64,000 bases of DNA. Source: Oscillospiraceae bacterium. Its GTDB lineage: Bacteria; Bacillota; Clostridia; Oscillospirales; Oscillospiraceae. Shown one piece after another: positions 39,783 to 48,502 of the stretch (its first letter is position 1; each line of letters starts with the position of its first letter). The stretch covers positions 33,119 through 97,118 of the forward strand of contig JAFUVO010000016.1 in assembly GCA_017477525.1 (NCBI GenBank), in the 5' to 3' direction. A model generated the notes under the pieces. That model searched no databases and had not been told where the DNA came from. It saw only the letters and a list, made by a program, of their open reading frames with translations. The position numbers and the translations under genes were made by a program.

Positions 39783-40850
39783 TCAGCCAGGGCTGTCCCC
39801 TCCCCCGTTTTGGGAGGGGGCGGTCCTGATTTTTGCGAAGTGGTACAGCATACACAGCAAAAAGCCCACGCTGGCCACGCCGAAGGCCGGGTAGACGGTG
39901 TCGATCAAATCCCCAAAGCCGAACAGGGACAGGCCCCAGATCAGCCCGGAGGCAAGAAACACGAAGGCCGTTCTGTGGCGCCGTACCGGCGCGGCGCATT
40001 GCGCAAGCTGGTTGAGGCCGGTCAAAAAGCTGGAAAAGGCGGTGCCGAACATCGCGAGGAACAGCAGCAACGAGAACAGCAGCGCCAGCGCGGGGGACAG
40101 CTTTTCGGCAACATAGAGCATGGGGAGCTGCTCCGCCGGGGCAGCCGGGTCGCGGTCGAGGACCAGCAGGAACAGCGCCGCCATCATCATCAACAGCCCC
40201 GTCCCGATACCGACCCCGGCAACGACGCCGCGCCCCGTGACGCGCCGACCCAGCGGGGCCAGGATCGCCACGGAGCCGAACATATTATAGGAGGAGAAGG
40301 TCAACGCGGAAAACAGCCACCCCTCCCCTGCCCCGCCCCCATTCGGCTGGGCCGGAAGGCGGAACAGCGCCAGGAGGCTCATTCCAATGGCGGCGGCGGT
40401 TAGGACGGGGACCGACACAGAGAAGGCCCCCACCATCCCCTCCAGGCCGGTCAGGGTAAAAACCGCCACAACCAGCGAAAACAGCAGGCTTGTCCAGACA
40501 TGGCGCAGACCGAAGCCCTGTTCAAAAATGGCCCCCACCCCGGCGGTCATGATGCTGTCGACGCCGAAGAGGAACAGCAGCGAAAAGCCCACGACAGCCT
40601 GCCGCGCGGCAGGCGCGTCCCAAGGAATGACCAAACGGTCGAGCGCCTCGGTGTTTGTCCGCCGCGCCAGCAGCAGGGTGACGGCCCCAAGCAGGCCGAG
40701 GCAGAGCATGGCCAGCGTCAGACCCGCCCAGCCCCAGCCGCCAAAGCGCCCGAAAAACTGCCATAGCTCACGCCCGGACACGTAGCCCGCGCCGAGGAAG
40801 CAGCCGGCAAAGGTAAAGCCCAGCCGCAGGGGCGATATGCGTTTCTCCAA
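39783..40850 (-). CDS. YkvI-like polytopic membrane protein (putative transporter)
   Basis: The N-terminus FTFAGCFLGAGYVSGRELWQFF resembles the YkvI family. About 11 TM segments. TTG start at 40848-40850. Confidence 0.6.
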   Translation of the reverse strand: MEKRISPLRLGFTFAGCFLGAGYVSGRELWQFFGRFGGWGWAGLTLAMLCLGLLGAVTLLLARRTNTEALDRLVIPWDAPAARQAVVGFSLLFLFGVDSIMTAGVGAIFEQGFGLRHVWTSLLFSLVVAVFTLTGLEGMVGAFSVSVPVLTAAAIGMSLLALFRLPAQPNGGGAGEGWLFSALTFSSYNMFGSVAILAPLGRRVTGRGVVAGVGIGTGLLMMMAALFLLVLDRDPAAPAEQLPMLYVAEKLSPALALLFSLLLFLAMFGTAFSSFLTGLNQLAQCAAPVRRHRTAFVFLASGLIWGLSLFGFGDLIDTVYPAFGVASVGFLLCMLYHFAKIRTAPSQNGGGDSPG

Positions 40851-40859
40851 GCCTGTTGT

Positions 40860-41735
40860 TTATCTGCCGTAGGCTTCCCGAATGGTGGCGATGACGCTGC
40901 TGGAATCGTCCTTGCCATGGCCCTTCGTCTGGGCCAGGCGGTAGAGCTGCAGCGCCGTATTGAGGGTAAAGTTCGGGATGGCGGCGTCTTGGCAGAGCTG
41001 GCGGGCCAGTTCGAGGTCCTTCACCACCAGATCCGTCGCGAAGCCCGGTTTCAAGTCGCCGCTTTTGACCTTCTGCATCTTCGCGCCGAGGATCATGTTG
41101 TTCCCGGAGGAGTTCATGGTAACTTCATAGAAATCATCCATCGAAATGCCGAGGGCGTCCGCCATGGCCGCGGCCTCTCCGTTGACGGCCTGGGCCGCGA
41201 AGGCCATGAAATTGTTGATGAGCTTGATGGCGTTGCCGCCGCCCCGGGTTTTCATAAAGAAGTATTTGTTCCCGATGGTATCCGTGTATTCCTTCAGGCC
41301 GAGGGAGAGGAACTCTTCCTCCCCTGCCCCCACCATCAGGGAAAGTTTTCCGTTAGCCGCGCCGGCGGGGCCGCCGGACACGGGCATATCAAGGTATGTG
41401 ATGCCCTTTTCCGCCGCCGCTGCCGCCAGGTCCCGGTTCAGCTTCGGGGACACAGTACTGGTGTCGACGATAATCTGGCGCGCCTTCCCATGGGCCAGCA
41501 GGGTTCTGACCACCCCGTCCGCCTGTGCGGGACCGGGAAGGGAGAGGAAAATCAGCTCTGACTTTTCCGCGACCTCCGCCACGCTGGCCGCCACCGCCGC
41601 GCCGCGCTCGGCGAAGGGGGCGCATTTTTCCTGGCTGCGGTTGTAGACGAGGATGCCTCCCGCCTTTTTCCGAAGATTTTCCGCCATGGGCGCGCCTATG
41701 TTGCCCAGACCGATGAAACCGATGTTTTTGCTCAT
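40860..41735 (-). CDS. NAD(P)-dependent oxidoreductase, 3-hydroxyisobutyrate dehydrogenase family
   Basis: MSKNIGFIGLGNIGAPMAENL (Rossmann GxGxxG). The family core is LDMPVSGG..GA..G.L. GGAGG precedes ATG 41735. Confidence 0.85.
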   Translation of the reverse strand: MSKNIGFIGLGNIGAPMAENLRKKAGGILVYNRSQEKCAPFAERGAAVAASVAEVAEKSELIFLSLPGPAQADGVVRTLLAHGKARQIIVDTSTVSPKLNRDLAAAAAEKGITYLDMPVSGGPAGAANGKLSLMVGAGEEEFLSLGLKEYTDTIGNKYFFMKTRGGGNAIKLINNFMAFAAQAVNGEAAAMADALGISMDDFYEVTMNSSGNNMILGAKMQKVKSGDLKPGFATDLVVKDLELARQLCQDAAIPNFTLNTALQLYRLAQTKGHGKDDSSSVIATIREAYGR

Positions 41736-41815
41736 TGTTTTTTCCTCCTGTTTCATTTGTTTTTCCATCTTGCCGCCCCCGGATCAGCCGGCTTCGAGAG
41801 GGGCGGCACATTTTT

Positions 41816-44800
41816 TCATTTTTCCTCCGCATTTCTCGTAAACGCGGGGCAGAGCGGACGCATAATATCGTCGCAGACGAAGATTTTGAAGGATGCCGCC
41901 CCCTCGGTCAGGAGCTGCACCGGAATATTTTCGACTTCGCCCAGTCTGAGTTCGGGAATTTCACGCACACCTGTGCCAATCAGACGGCCGTCTGTGTCAT
42001 AGGAAGCCACCACCACGGTGCCGCCGATGCCGGGGCCGGCGATGTTCTGAACATGCACTGTGACAGCGCCGGAAGCGCAGTCCGCGGACTGCACCGCGAA
42101 TTTATCACCCGTTTCCCTCCACAGCGCCGTGAGGACGGCGTCGCCGGAAAGCGTTACGGTGTCCCCGGGCTGGTAGACTTCCGCGCCGCCGTTCATCTGC
42201 CAGCCGGCAAAGCCCTTTCCGGCGGGAACAGAGAAATCGCAGACCGGTAACGTATATTCCGCTGACCGGAGCGCGACGGCGGGCATTGCGCCGCTTCCGC
42301 CGTTGGCGGCAAAGCTGGCAAGGCGCGGCACGTTGTCCATGTCGCCGGTCACAGAACGCTGTTCATGGTCAACCGTCAGCGTCGCGTCCTCCGCGCCGGT
42401 CACGCTGATCTCGCCCTCCATATTGGAGAGCGCGGTACCGCTTTCCCCGCCAATGGTTCCGGCCATGTTGATTTCCCTGGCGGCAGCGTCAAAGCTGCTG
42501 CTGAGGGTCACATCATAGCTCTTTCCAGCGTCCTCGGGAACGAAGCGGACATAGTTGAGCTGTTGCCCGTCATCCACTTCGAGAATAACGGTGTTCGCGC
42601 CCGTTTCGACCGTGGCGGAGCGGTCGGTGTGGGTGAGGCTGATTTCCAGCGTTTCCTCCGCCGCCCCCAAAAGCCCGGAGCTGTTGAGGCTCGGGAGGCG
42701 CTCGACGGTGTAGAGGTCCGCCGGGAGCCAGAGGGAGACTGTTTTATCGTCGCTTTCGACGATTTCTCCATCGCCGTCCAGCATGACGCCGAGGAAATCC
42801 ATTTGATAAATGTCCGAACGGTTGCTGCGGACTTCGCCGCCGCTGACGCTGGCGAGGGATACGCCGTTGGCGTCGCGGATGTCGACATCGAGGTTGACGT
42901 TCACGAACGCGCCGCCCGTACCGAGGCCCGGGCCCCTGGCCTTCCACACCGCGTAGATATCCTCATAGGGCACGTAGGAAATATGCGAAGCCAAGCCGCG
43001 GACGCTCCCCCAGCTCACACGATTGCTGATTGCGTATTCCCAGCCGGTGTAATTGCCGTTTTCTTTGGTCAGCTCGATGTAATGGTCACTGTCGTTGGGG
43101 TAATTCGGGTCGTAGACGCTGATTCGGGCGCTGTTCTCGAAATCTGTCAGCCGATAGCCCAGTACGGCATGGCCCTTCCCCTCCGGGCCGTAGACGCACA
43201 CGACCGCCGGGTCGTGGCCCGTCTCCTGGAAGTTTTTCACATGCCCGGCCAGCGCGTTCAACGGCTCGGGGTAGCGCTTGTCCGTAAAGCTGTTGGCCGT
43301 CAAATCGTACTGCACCAGCTCCGAAAACTGGCTGATTTGCACCGCTTCAATGAAATCTTTTACCGAAATCTCCCCGTTGCTGTCACCCAGCCCGAGTTCC
43401 CAGGCGCTCTCCGCACCATCGGAGAAGTCGGACGGCTGCAGTTCGTTCTCGTTCTCGAACAGCAGTCCCGCCGTAACGGCCATACCGAAGCAGTTGCCGT
43501 TCCACTTGTCGTGGGCGAGGTAATATTTTTCCGCCCGCTGCGTTTCGCCGAACATGATCTGATAGATCCGTTTGGCGATGGGGTTCTCTGCGCCCTGGTA
43601 TTGAAAAGCATTCGCCGTGTTGCCGAAGAAATAGCTCAGGCTGCCGGCGTCTTCGGGGAGGCGGGGATTGTTGATCCGGCTCCACTGGGCATAGAGGGTC
43701 AGGCTCTCGTTTCCGGTATACAGTCCGCCGGGCTGGTAGACGGGGCTGCCGGTCCTCTCTGTCGCCCAGCCGGTGAATTTATAGCCCGCGCGCGTTGGGA
43801 TTTCGGCGCTGAGATCCAGGTCGGTGTCATGGATTTTGGCGCCGACCTCGGGCGCGCCGGCGCCGCCGTTGGCCTCGTATACCACGGGATAGGCGTCCGC
43901 CAGCCACACGGCATAGAGCGTTATGTCCGCGTTCTCTGTATAGGAATCCTCGGGCTGGTATTCCGGCGTATCCGTTTGCTGCGCCGTCGCCCAGCCGAAG
44001 AAGGAATAGCCGCTGCGCAGCGGTCGCCTGCCGCTGAGGCCCAGGGGAATGTCGAAGGTTTTGAACTGGTCATTCGGCGCGCCCTCGCCGCCGTTGGCCT
44101 CATAGTGTACCGTATAGCGCATCAATGCCCAGTGGGCGTAGAGCGTCTGGTCTGCCGTCAGGTCTGCGATGGTCGTCCGCTCCACCGCCTTGCCGTATTC
44201 CGGGTCGGTGTACCAGCCAGTGAACGCGTAATTTGGGCGGGTGGGCCTGGGCATATCGCCATAAAAACCTCCGTTGATAACGCGCATACTCCGTTTGCCG
44301 ACTGCGCCGCCCGCTGCGTCAAAATACACGGTGTGGCCGAGGCCATTCCAGCGGGCATAGAGGATCTGGTCATCAAAAAGTTCGACGACGGTGGTGTTCT
44401 CGATCTTCTCTCCGCCCTCGTAGTCGGTGTACCAGCCGGCGAAGCTGTAGCCGGGCCGGACGGGTTCGGGCAGGGAACCGTAGGCTTTCTCATAATATAC
44501 GGTCACGCTGTCGGGGTCAACCGTGCCATCGCCGGAATCGAAATACACCGTAAACTCGTTGCCGGCCCAGCGGGCGTAGAGCGTCTGGCTGTCCGAGAGG
44601 GTAGATACGGTCGTCCCCTCCACCTTTGTCCCTCCCTCGACGCCGGTGTACCAGCCGGCAAACCTGTAGCCGCTGCGTGTGGGGACCGGAAGCTCGCCGT
44701 AGGCTTCTCCGGTGGTCACTTCGGCGCTCCCCTTCCCCACCGTGCCGCCGTTGGGGTCGAAGGTGACAGTGTAGGTATTGCCCTTCCAATGGGCATAGAG

Positions 44801-47800
44801 GGTCTGGTTGGCCGTGATATCGGCGACGGTATCCTCTTCCACCAGCTCTCCGCCGGAGGCGCCGGTATACCAGCCGGCGAAAACGTAGCCCGGGCGTTCG
44901 GCGTCGGGCAGCTCGCCGTAGGCTTCGCCGTTGGTCACGGTGGTGTTCCGCTTGCCCGGAGTGCCGCCGTTGCCGTTGAAGCTCACAGTGTAGCTGTTCC
45001 CCTTCCATTGGGCATAGAGGACGTGGTTCTCCGCAAGCCATACGATGGTCAGATTTTCGATCAAATCGCCGCCGTCCTCGTCCGTGCTCCATCCGGCGAA
45101 GCTGTAACCGTCCCGCGTGGGGACGGGCAGGGTCCCGTAGGGGCTTTCATAGCGGACTTCCACGCTTTTCGCTATACCTCCGCCGCCGTTGGCGTCCAGG
45201 GTCACGGTGCAGGTGTTGGCGTCCCAATGGGCATAGAGGAACTGGTCATCCGTCAGCGCGGACACGGTATCCCGCTCCACTTTCGCCCCGTCCCCGTCGT
45301 CGTCGTACCAGCCGGCGAAGCTGTAGCCGTAGCGCGTGGGGACGGGCAGCTCGCCGTAGGCTTCGCCGGTGGTGGCAGTGATGCTCTTGACTGTGACCGC
45401 GCCGTCGCCGGGGTCGAAGTATACGTTGTAGCTGTTGCCCTTCCAATGGGCGTAAAGGGTCTGGTTGGACGTGATATCGGCGACGGTATCCTCCTCCACC
45501 AGTTCGCCGCCGGAGGCGCCGGTATACCAGCCGGTGAAACTGTATCCCGGGCGCTCCGGTATGGGAAACCCGCTTTCCAGTCCGTAGGGGCTGCCGTTGG
45601 TCACGCGCATCTGCTCCGCGCCGGCCTCCCCGCCGTTGGCGTCGAAGCTCACGGTATAGGTATCGCCCTTCCAGCGGGCGTAGAGCGTATGGTTTCCGGC
45701 GACGGTGACTTTATCGCCACCGGCCACCGGAACACCCTCCGCTCCTCCGGTATACCAGCCGCCGAACACATATCCCGCCAGCGTTGGGGTGGGCAGCTCG
45801 CCGTAAGGGCTGTCAAAGGTCACGCTCATACTGGCCGGCTGGACCTCGCCCCCCTTGGGGTCAAAGGCCACTTCATAGGTTCCGGCGGTCCAGCGGGCAT
45901 AGAGCGTCTGGTTCCCGGTCAGATCAACCGTGTCCCCGGCCACAACCGCGGCGCCGTCTGCCGGGGCGGTGTACCAGCCCAGGAAATCATAGCCGTACAG
46001 GGTGGGCGTGGGGAGCTCCCCATAGGCTTTGGTGTCCGTCACGGTCTTGCTGGCGGGGCTGACCTCGCCGCCGCCGGCGTCGAAGCTGATGGTATAGGAG
46101 GGGTGGGAAACCCTGACCGTGCAGGAGGCGCTGACGCCGTTGGAGGCGCTGACGCGGATGACGGCGCTGCCCTCGCCGAGCGCATGTACATTGCCGCTGT
46201 CATCCACTGTTGCGACAAGCCCGTTGCTGCTGCTCCAGCTCAGTCCGGCGGACGCGGCGGCGGCGGGCGGGACCGCGCGGAACGCCACGGGTTTGACGTC
46301 GTTTATAATCAGGTTCAGCGCCGTGTCGCCGAGTTGGAGGAGGGCCAGCGCGGGGACGGCTTCGCCGCTGACGGGATCGGCGGGGCCTTCCAGCTGCAGA
46401 TAGGGATATCCGCCGGAAATGGTCCAGGCGCTGTCAAAATCCCAGCCGGCATAGGTCGCCCGCGCCCGCATTTCCGCGTCGGTGCAGGGGGTCATGCCCC
46501 CGATATCCGCCTCAATATCCGCGTTAATCCCCGCGCAGCCGAAAATATCGCTGTTGACGCCCTCTTTTTTGAGATAATAGCAGCCGTAGACCGTGTCCGA
46601 ACCGAACACGGGCCCGTCCGTGCCGAAGAGCGCGCCGGCCAGCGCCGGACTGCTGACCGCCCCGCTGGCATAGCAGTTTGTCAATGTCAGGCTGGAATCA
46701 CCCAGTGCGCCGCCCGCGATGCCGCCCGCGTATCTGCCGGCGGTGACATCCCCGGTGCTGCGGCAGTTGGTGATCGAAACGCCCCGCCCGGAGATGCCCC
46801 CGGCGTAGTTCTCCGCCGCGGAAACTGTCCACATATTCACGCAGAGGGAGATCGCGGACCGGCCTTGCCCCTCGATGCCACCGACATAGTTATCCCCGCT
46901 GACCGTTCCGTAGTTCCTGCATCCGGTGACGATTGGGATGCTATTCGTGCCATCCCCGATAATGCCGCCAACACTGTCTCTGCCGGTCACGGAACCGTAG
47001 TTCGCACAGTACTCAAACGTAGAACCCTCTGTGTATCCCGCAATACCTCCCGCATACGCAGAGGTTACGCCGCCGGTCACGGAACCATAGTTTGCGCAGT
47101 TCTCAAAAGCAGAACTGCTTGCGTATCCCGCGATGCCACCCACAAGGGAATTACCGCTCACGTTGCCATAATTGGTGCAGTTGATAACGCTTCCCCGCAA
47201 CATGCCAACAATTCCGCCTATATAAGCAGAAGGACAGCTAACGATACCAGAGTAGATTAAATTTCTGAGGACGGTTTCACCATATCCGTATCCGATAATC
47301 CCTCCGGTCGCATCATAATAACTCTTATAATCTCTAGTATTATTTACATAAGAATTGATAACAGCCAGGTTTTTGACTTGTCCCGTTACGGTGCCGAAAA
47401 GCCCAGCACAGTAGTACCACCCCGAAACATATACGCCGGAAATCGCATGGCCGTTGCCGTCAAATATGCCTGAGAACGCCGAGCTGCTGTTTCCCCCGAT
47501 CGGCTCCCAGCTGTACAGCCGGGAAGTATTCAGTACATTCCCCTCACTGTCCAGGGAAATCTGGCTGTTGAGGACCAGGTCGTTTTTCAGGATGTAATTT
47601 CGGGTGAGCCAGCTGCCGCCCTCCCGCGCGATAAACGCGAGCTGTTCGCAGGTGGTGATCTCATAATAATACAGCCCGTCAATCTTGACCAGGGCCGTGG
47701 GCGCGGCGGTCGTGCCGTCCCAGACGTCGGCATCGGCGGAAACCTCCGGCGGGGCAGGTGGGGCGTCCCCGAGCAGCGCGGGCCCCGCGGCCCCCAAAAC

Positions 47801-47938
47801 GCCGTCCATGACGCTGTTCACCGGATCCGCCGCCGGCGGGGCCTCCGGCACGGCCTCTTCCTCCGCGAAAATTTCCGCCGGCCCCAATGTCAGCGCCATA
47901 CACAGGGCCAAAAGCGCGCAAAGAATCCTCCTTGACAT
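41816..47938 (-). CDS. Giant secreted repeat protein (2040 aa)
   Basis: Starts at ATG 47936-47938 after GGAGGG. Residues 1-24 are a signal peptide (MSRRILCALLALCMALTLGPAEIFA). Residues ~85-520 carry repeated GGIAG/GGIIG (GLUG-like) motifs. Residues ~535-612 are Big_2-like (LSWSSSNGLVATVDDSGNVHALGEGSAVIRV). Residues 614-1419 hold eleven ~73-aa repeats of the pattern Y.V.FD.NGG......V..G..YG.LP.P.R.GY.F.GWYT........T.....Q.LYA.W. Residues ~1430-1665 form a Cys/His/Asp domain. A twelfth repeat lies at 1871-1941. No LPXTG, SLH or choline-binding anchor is seen. Confidence 0.85.
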   Translation of the reverse strand: MSRRILCALLALCMALTLGPAEIFAEEEAVPEAPPAADPVNSVMDGVLGAAGPALLGDAPPAPPEVSADADVWDGTTAAPTALVKIDGLYYYEITTCEQLAFIAREGGSWLTRNYILKNDLVLNSQISLDSEGNVLNTSRLYSWEPIGGNSSSAFSGIFDGNGHAISGVYVSGWYYCAGLFGTVTGQVKNLAVINSYVNNTRDYKSYYDATGGIIGYGYGETVLRNLIYSGIVSCPSAYIGGIVGMLRGSVINCTNYGNVSGNSLVGGIAGYASSSAFENCANYGSVTGGVTSAYAGGIAGYTEGSTFEYCANYGSVTGRDSVGGIIGDGTNSIPIVTGCRNYGTVSGDNYVGGIEGQGRSAISLCVNMWTVSAAENYAGGISGRGVSITNCRSTGDVTAGRYAGGIAGGALGDSSLTLTNCYASGAVSSPALAGALFGTDGPVFGSDTVYGCYYLKKEGVNSDIFGCAGINADIEADIGGMTPCTDAEMRARATYAGWDFDSAWTISGGYPYLQLEGPADPVSGEAVPALALLQLGDTALNLIINDVKPVAFRAVPPAAAASAGLSWSSSNGLVATVDDSGNVHALGEGSAVIRVSASNGVSASCTVRVSHPSYTISFDAGGGEVSPASKTVTDTKAYGELPTPTLYGYDFLGWYTAPADGAAVVAGDTVDLTGNQTLYARWTAGTYEVAFDPKGGEVQPASMSVTFDSPYGELPTPTLAGYVFGGWYTGGAEGVPVAGGDKVTVAGNHTLYARWKGDTYTVSFDANGGEAGAEQMRVTNGSPYGLESGFPIPERPGYSFTGWYTGASGGELVEEDTVADITSNQTLYAHWKGNSYNVYFDPGDGAVTVKSITATTGEAYGELPVPTRYGYSFAGWYDDDGDGAKVERDTVSALTDDQFLYAHWDANTCTVTLDANGGGGIAKSVEVRYESPYGTLPVPTRDGYSFAGWSTDEDGGDLIENLTIVWLAENHVLYAQWKGNSYTVSFNGNGGTPGKRNTTVTNGEAYGELPDAERPGYVFAGWYTGASGGELVEEDTVADITANQTLYAHWKGNTYTVTFDPNGGTVGKGSAEVTTGEAYGELPVPTRSGYRFAGWYTGVEGGTKVEGTTVSTLSDSQTLYARWAGNEFTVYFDSGDGTVDPDSVTVYYEKAYGSLPEPVRPGYSFAGWYTDYEGGEKIENTTVVELFDDQILYARWNGLGHTVYFDAAGGAVGKRSMRVINGGFYGDMPRPTRPNYAFTGWYTDPEYGKAVERTTIADLTADQTLYAHWALMRYTVHYEANGGEGAPNDQFKTFDIPLGLSGRRPLRSGYSFFGWATAQQTDTPEYQPEDSYTENADITLYAVWLADAYPVVYEANGGAGAPEVGAKIHDTDLDLSAEIPTRAGYKFTGWATERTGSPVYQPGGLYTGNESLTLYAQWSRINNPRLPEDAGSLSYFFGNTANAFQYQGAENPIAKRIYQIMFGETQRAEKYYLAHDKWNGNCFGMAVTAGLLFENENELQPSDFSDGAESAWELGLGDSNGEISVKDFIEAVQISQFSELVQYDLTANSFTDKRYPEPLNALAGHVKNFQETGHDPAVVCVYGPEGKGHAVLGYRLTDFENSARISVYDPNYPNDSDHYIELTKENGNYTGWEYAISNRVSWGSVRGLASHISYVPYEDIYAVWKARGPGLGTGGAFVNVNLDVDIRDANGVSLASVSGGEVRSNRSDIYQMDFLGVMLDGDGEIVESDDKTVSLWLPADLYTVERLPSLNSSGLLGAAEETLEISLTHTDRSATVETGANTVILEVDDGQQLNYVRFVPEDAGKSYDVTLSSSFDAAAREINMAGTIGGESGTALSNMEGEISVTGAEDATLTVDHEQRSVTGDMDNVPRLASFAANGGSGAMPAVALRSAEYTLPVCDFSVPAGKGFAGWQMNGGAEVYQPGDTVTLSGDAVLTALWRETGDKFAVQSADCASGAVTVHVQNIAGPGIGGTVVVASYDTDGRLIGTGVREIPELRLGEVENIPVQLLTEGAASFKIFVCDDIMRPLCPAFTRNAEEK
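43682..46099 (-). repeat. Eleven tandem coding repeats (~219 nt each) of the Listeria-Bacteroides/InlB-B (Flg_new) type
   Basis: Periodic protein repeat ending in LYA[RHQV]W. At the DNA level, units 3 and 6 share a ~118-nt segment (45438-45555 vs 44781-44898) with 11 mismatches by hand alignment. Confidence 0.85.
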
Positions 47939-48018
47939 GGTCAATCCCTCCACACAACAAATATTCCCGGCCATATGCCCGTGGACGGGAACAAAGGTCC
48001 CCGCCACAGGCCATGGCC

Positions 48019-48060
48019 GGAAACGCAAAAACGGTGTTGAGCGTTTCTGACTCAACACCG
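48019..48060 (-). terminator. Intrinsic terminator-like hairpin inside the 5' leader of the giant gene (possible attenuator)
   Basis: On the minus strand, CGGTGTTGAG-tcagaaacg-CTCAACACCG (10-bp stem) is followed by TTTTTGCGTTT. It ends about 80 nt upstream of the ATG at 47938. Confidence 0.55.
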
Positions 48061-48096
48061 CTTGCAAAAAAGTCAAAGCGTAACACAACGCCCTAC

Positions 48097-48125
48097 TTGA
48101 AATGTGAAAGTGAAATGGGTATAAT
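48097..48125 (+). promoter_or_regulatory. Near-consensus sigma-A promoter with no downstream credible ORF
   Basis: TTGAAA (48097-48102), 17 bp, then TATAAT (48120-48125). Confidence 0.5.
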
Positions 48126-48243
48126 TGGGGCGTGGCGCAGACAATTCAGTTTGTTGTGTTGAGTGGTTCGAGCACTCCGCATATGGCTGCGGGGTGCTGC
48201 AACACCCCGCAGCCAGCCGCCTTCGCGTCTCCGTGCAAACACT

Positions 48244-48272
48244 ACTATAATACAGTGCGCGAAATTGTGCAA
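48244..48272 (-). promoter_or_regulatory. Candidate promoter for the giant surface protein gene
   Basis: Minus strand TTGCAC (48267-48272), 17 bp, then TATAGT (48244-48249). This would give a ~300-nt leader. Confidence 0.4.
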
Positions 48273-48443
48273 GCTTTTTTTGCATGAAATTCCATATTTC
48301 CCCCGCCGCATGGGAAAACATCCCTCAGCGCCCCCCTCCCCCGAGGATGGGGGCGGTTTGGCATTAGGCCACTTCTGGCAGAGTATCTTCGCAAAATGGC
48401 AAAAAGTCCGGCGCTGTACGTGAATTATGCGAAACGAAAACCA

Positions 48444-48502
48444 AACCGCTGTCATTGCTCACCAGCGCGTACGCTGGTGAGCAATGACAGCGGTTCTTTT
48501 TG
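48444..48502 (+). terminator. Very long perfect hairpin with T-tract (intrinsic terminator of the orphan unit)
   Basis: AACCGCTGTCATTGCTCACCAGCG-cgta-CGCTGGTGAGCAATGACAGCGGTT forms 24 perfect base pairs, followed by CTTTTTG. Confidence 0.65.

Noticed and set aside
43682-46099. Regular ~219-bp periodic repeats, checked as a possible CRISPR or other noncoding array
   Set aside because: The units are far longer than CRISPR repeats plus spacers and are contiguous with no unique spacers. They lie in one open reading frame encoding Flg_new/InlB-B protein repeats. No cas genes are in the window.
42365-47260. 1631-aa plus-strand ORF, the second longest in the window
   Set aside because: It lies antisense to the 2040-aa surface protein gene. 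Its translation is a monotonous Gly/Ala/Val/Arg-rich sequence with no domains or RBS. This is a typical GC-rich shadow ORF.
48132-48443. Possibility that the orphan transcript is tmRNA, RNase P RNA, SRP RNA or 6S RNA
   Set aside because: I could not find the tRNA-like 3' end with TTCGAATCC plus CCA expected of tmRNA. I also found no GAGGAAAGTCC P4 core of RNase P (only AAAAGTCCGG at ~48400, without partner elements) and no SRP GGAA/AGCA domain IV motif. An Infernal scan is still needed.
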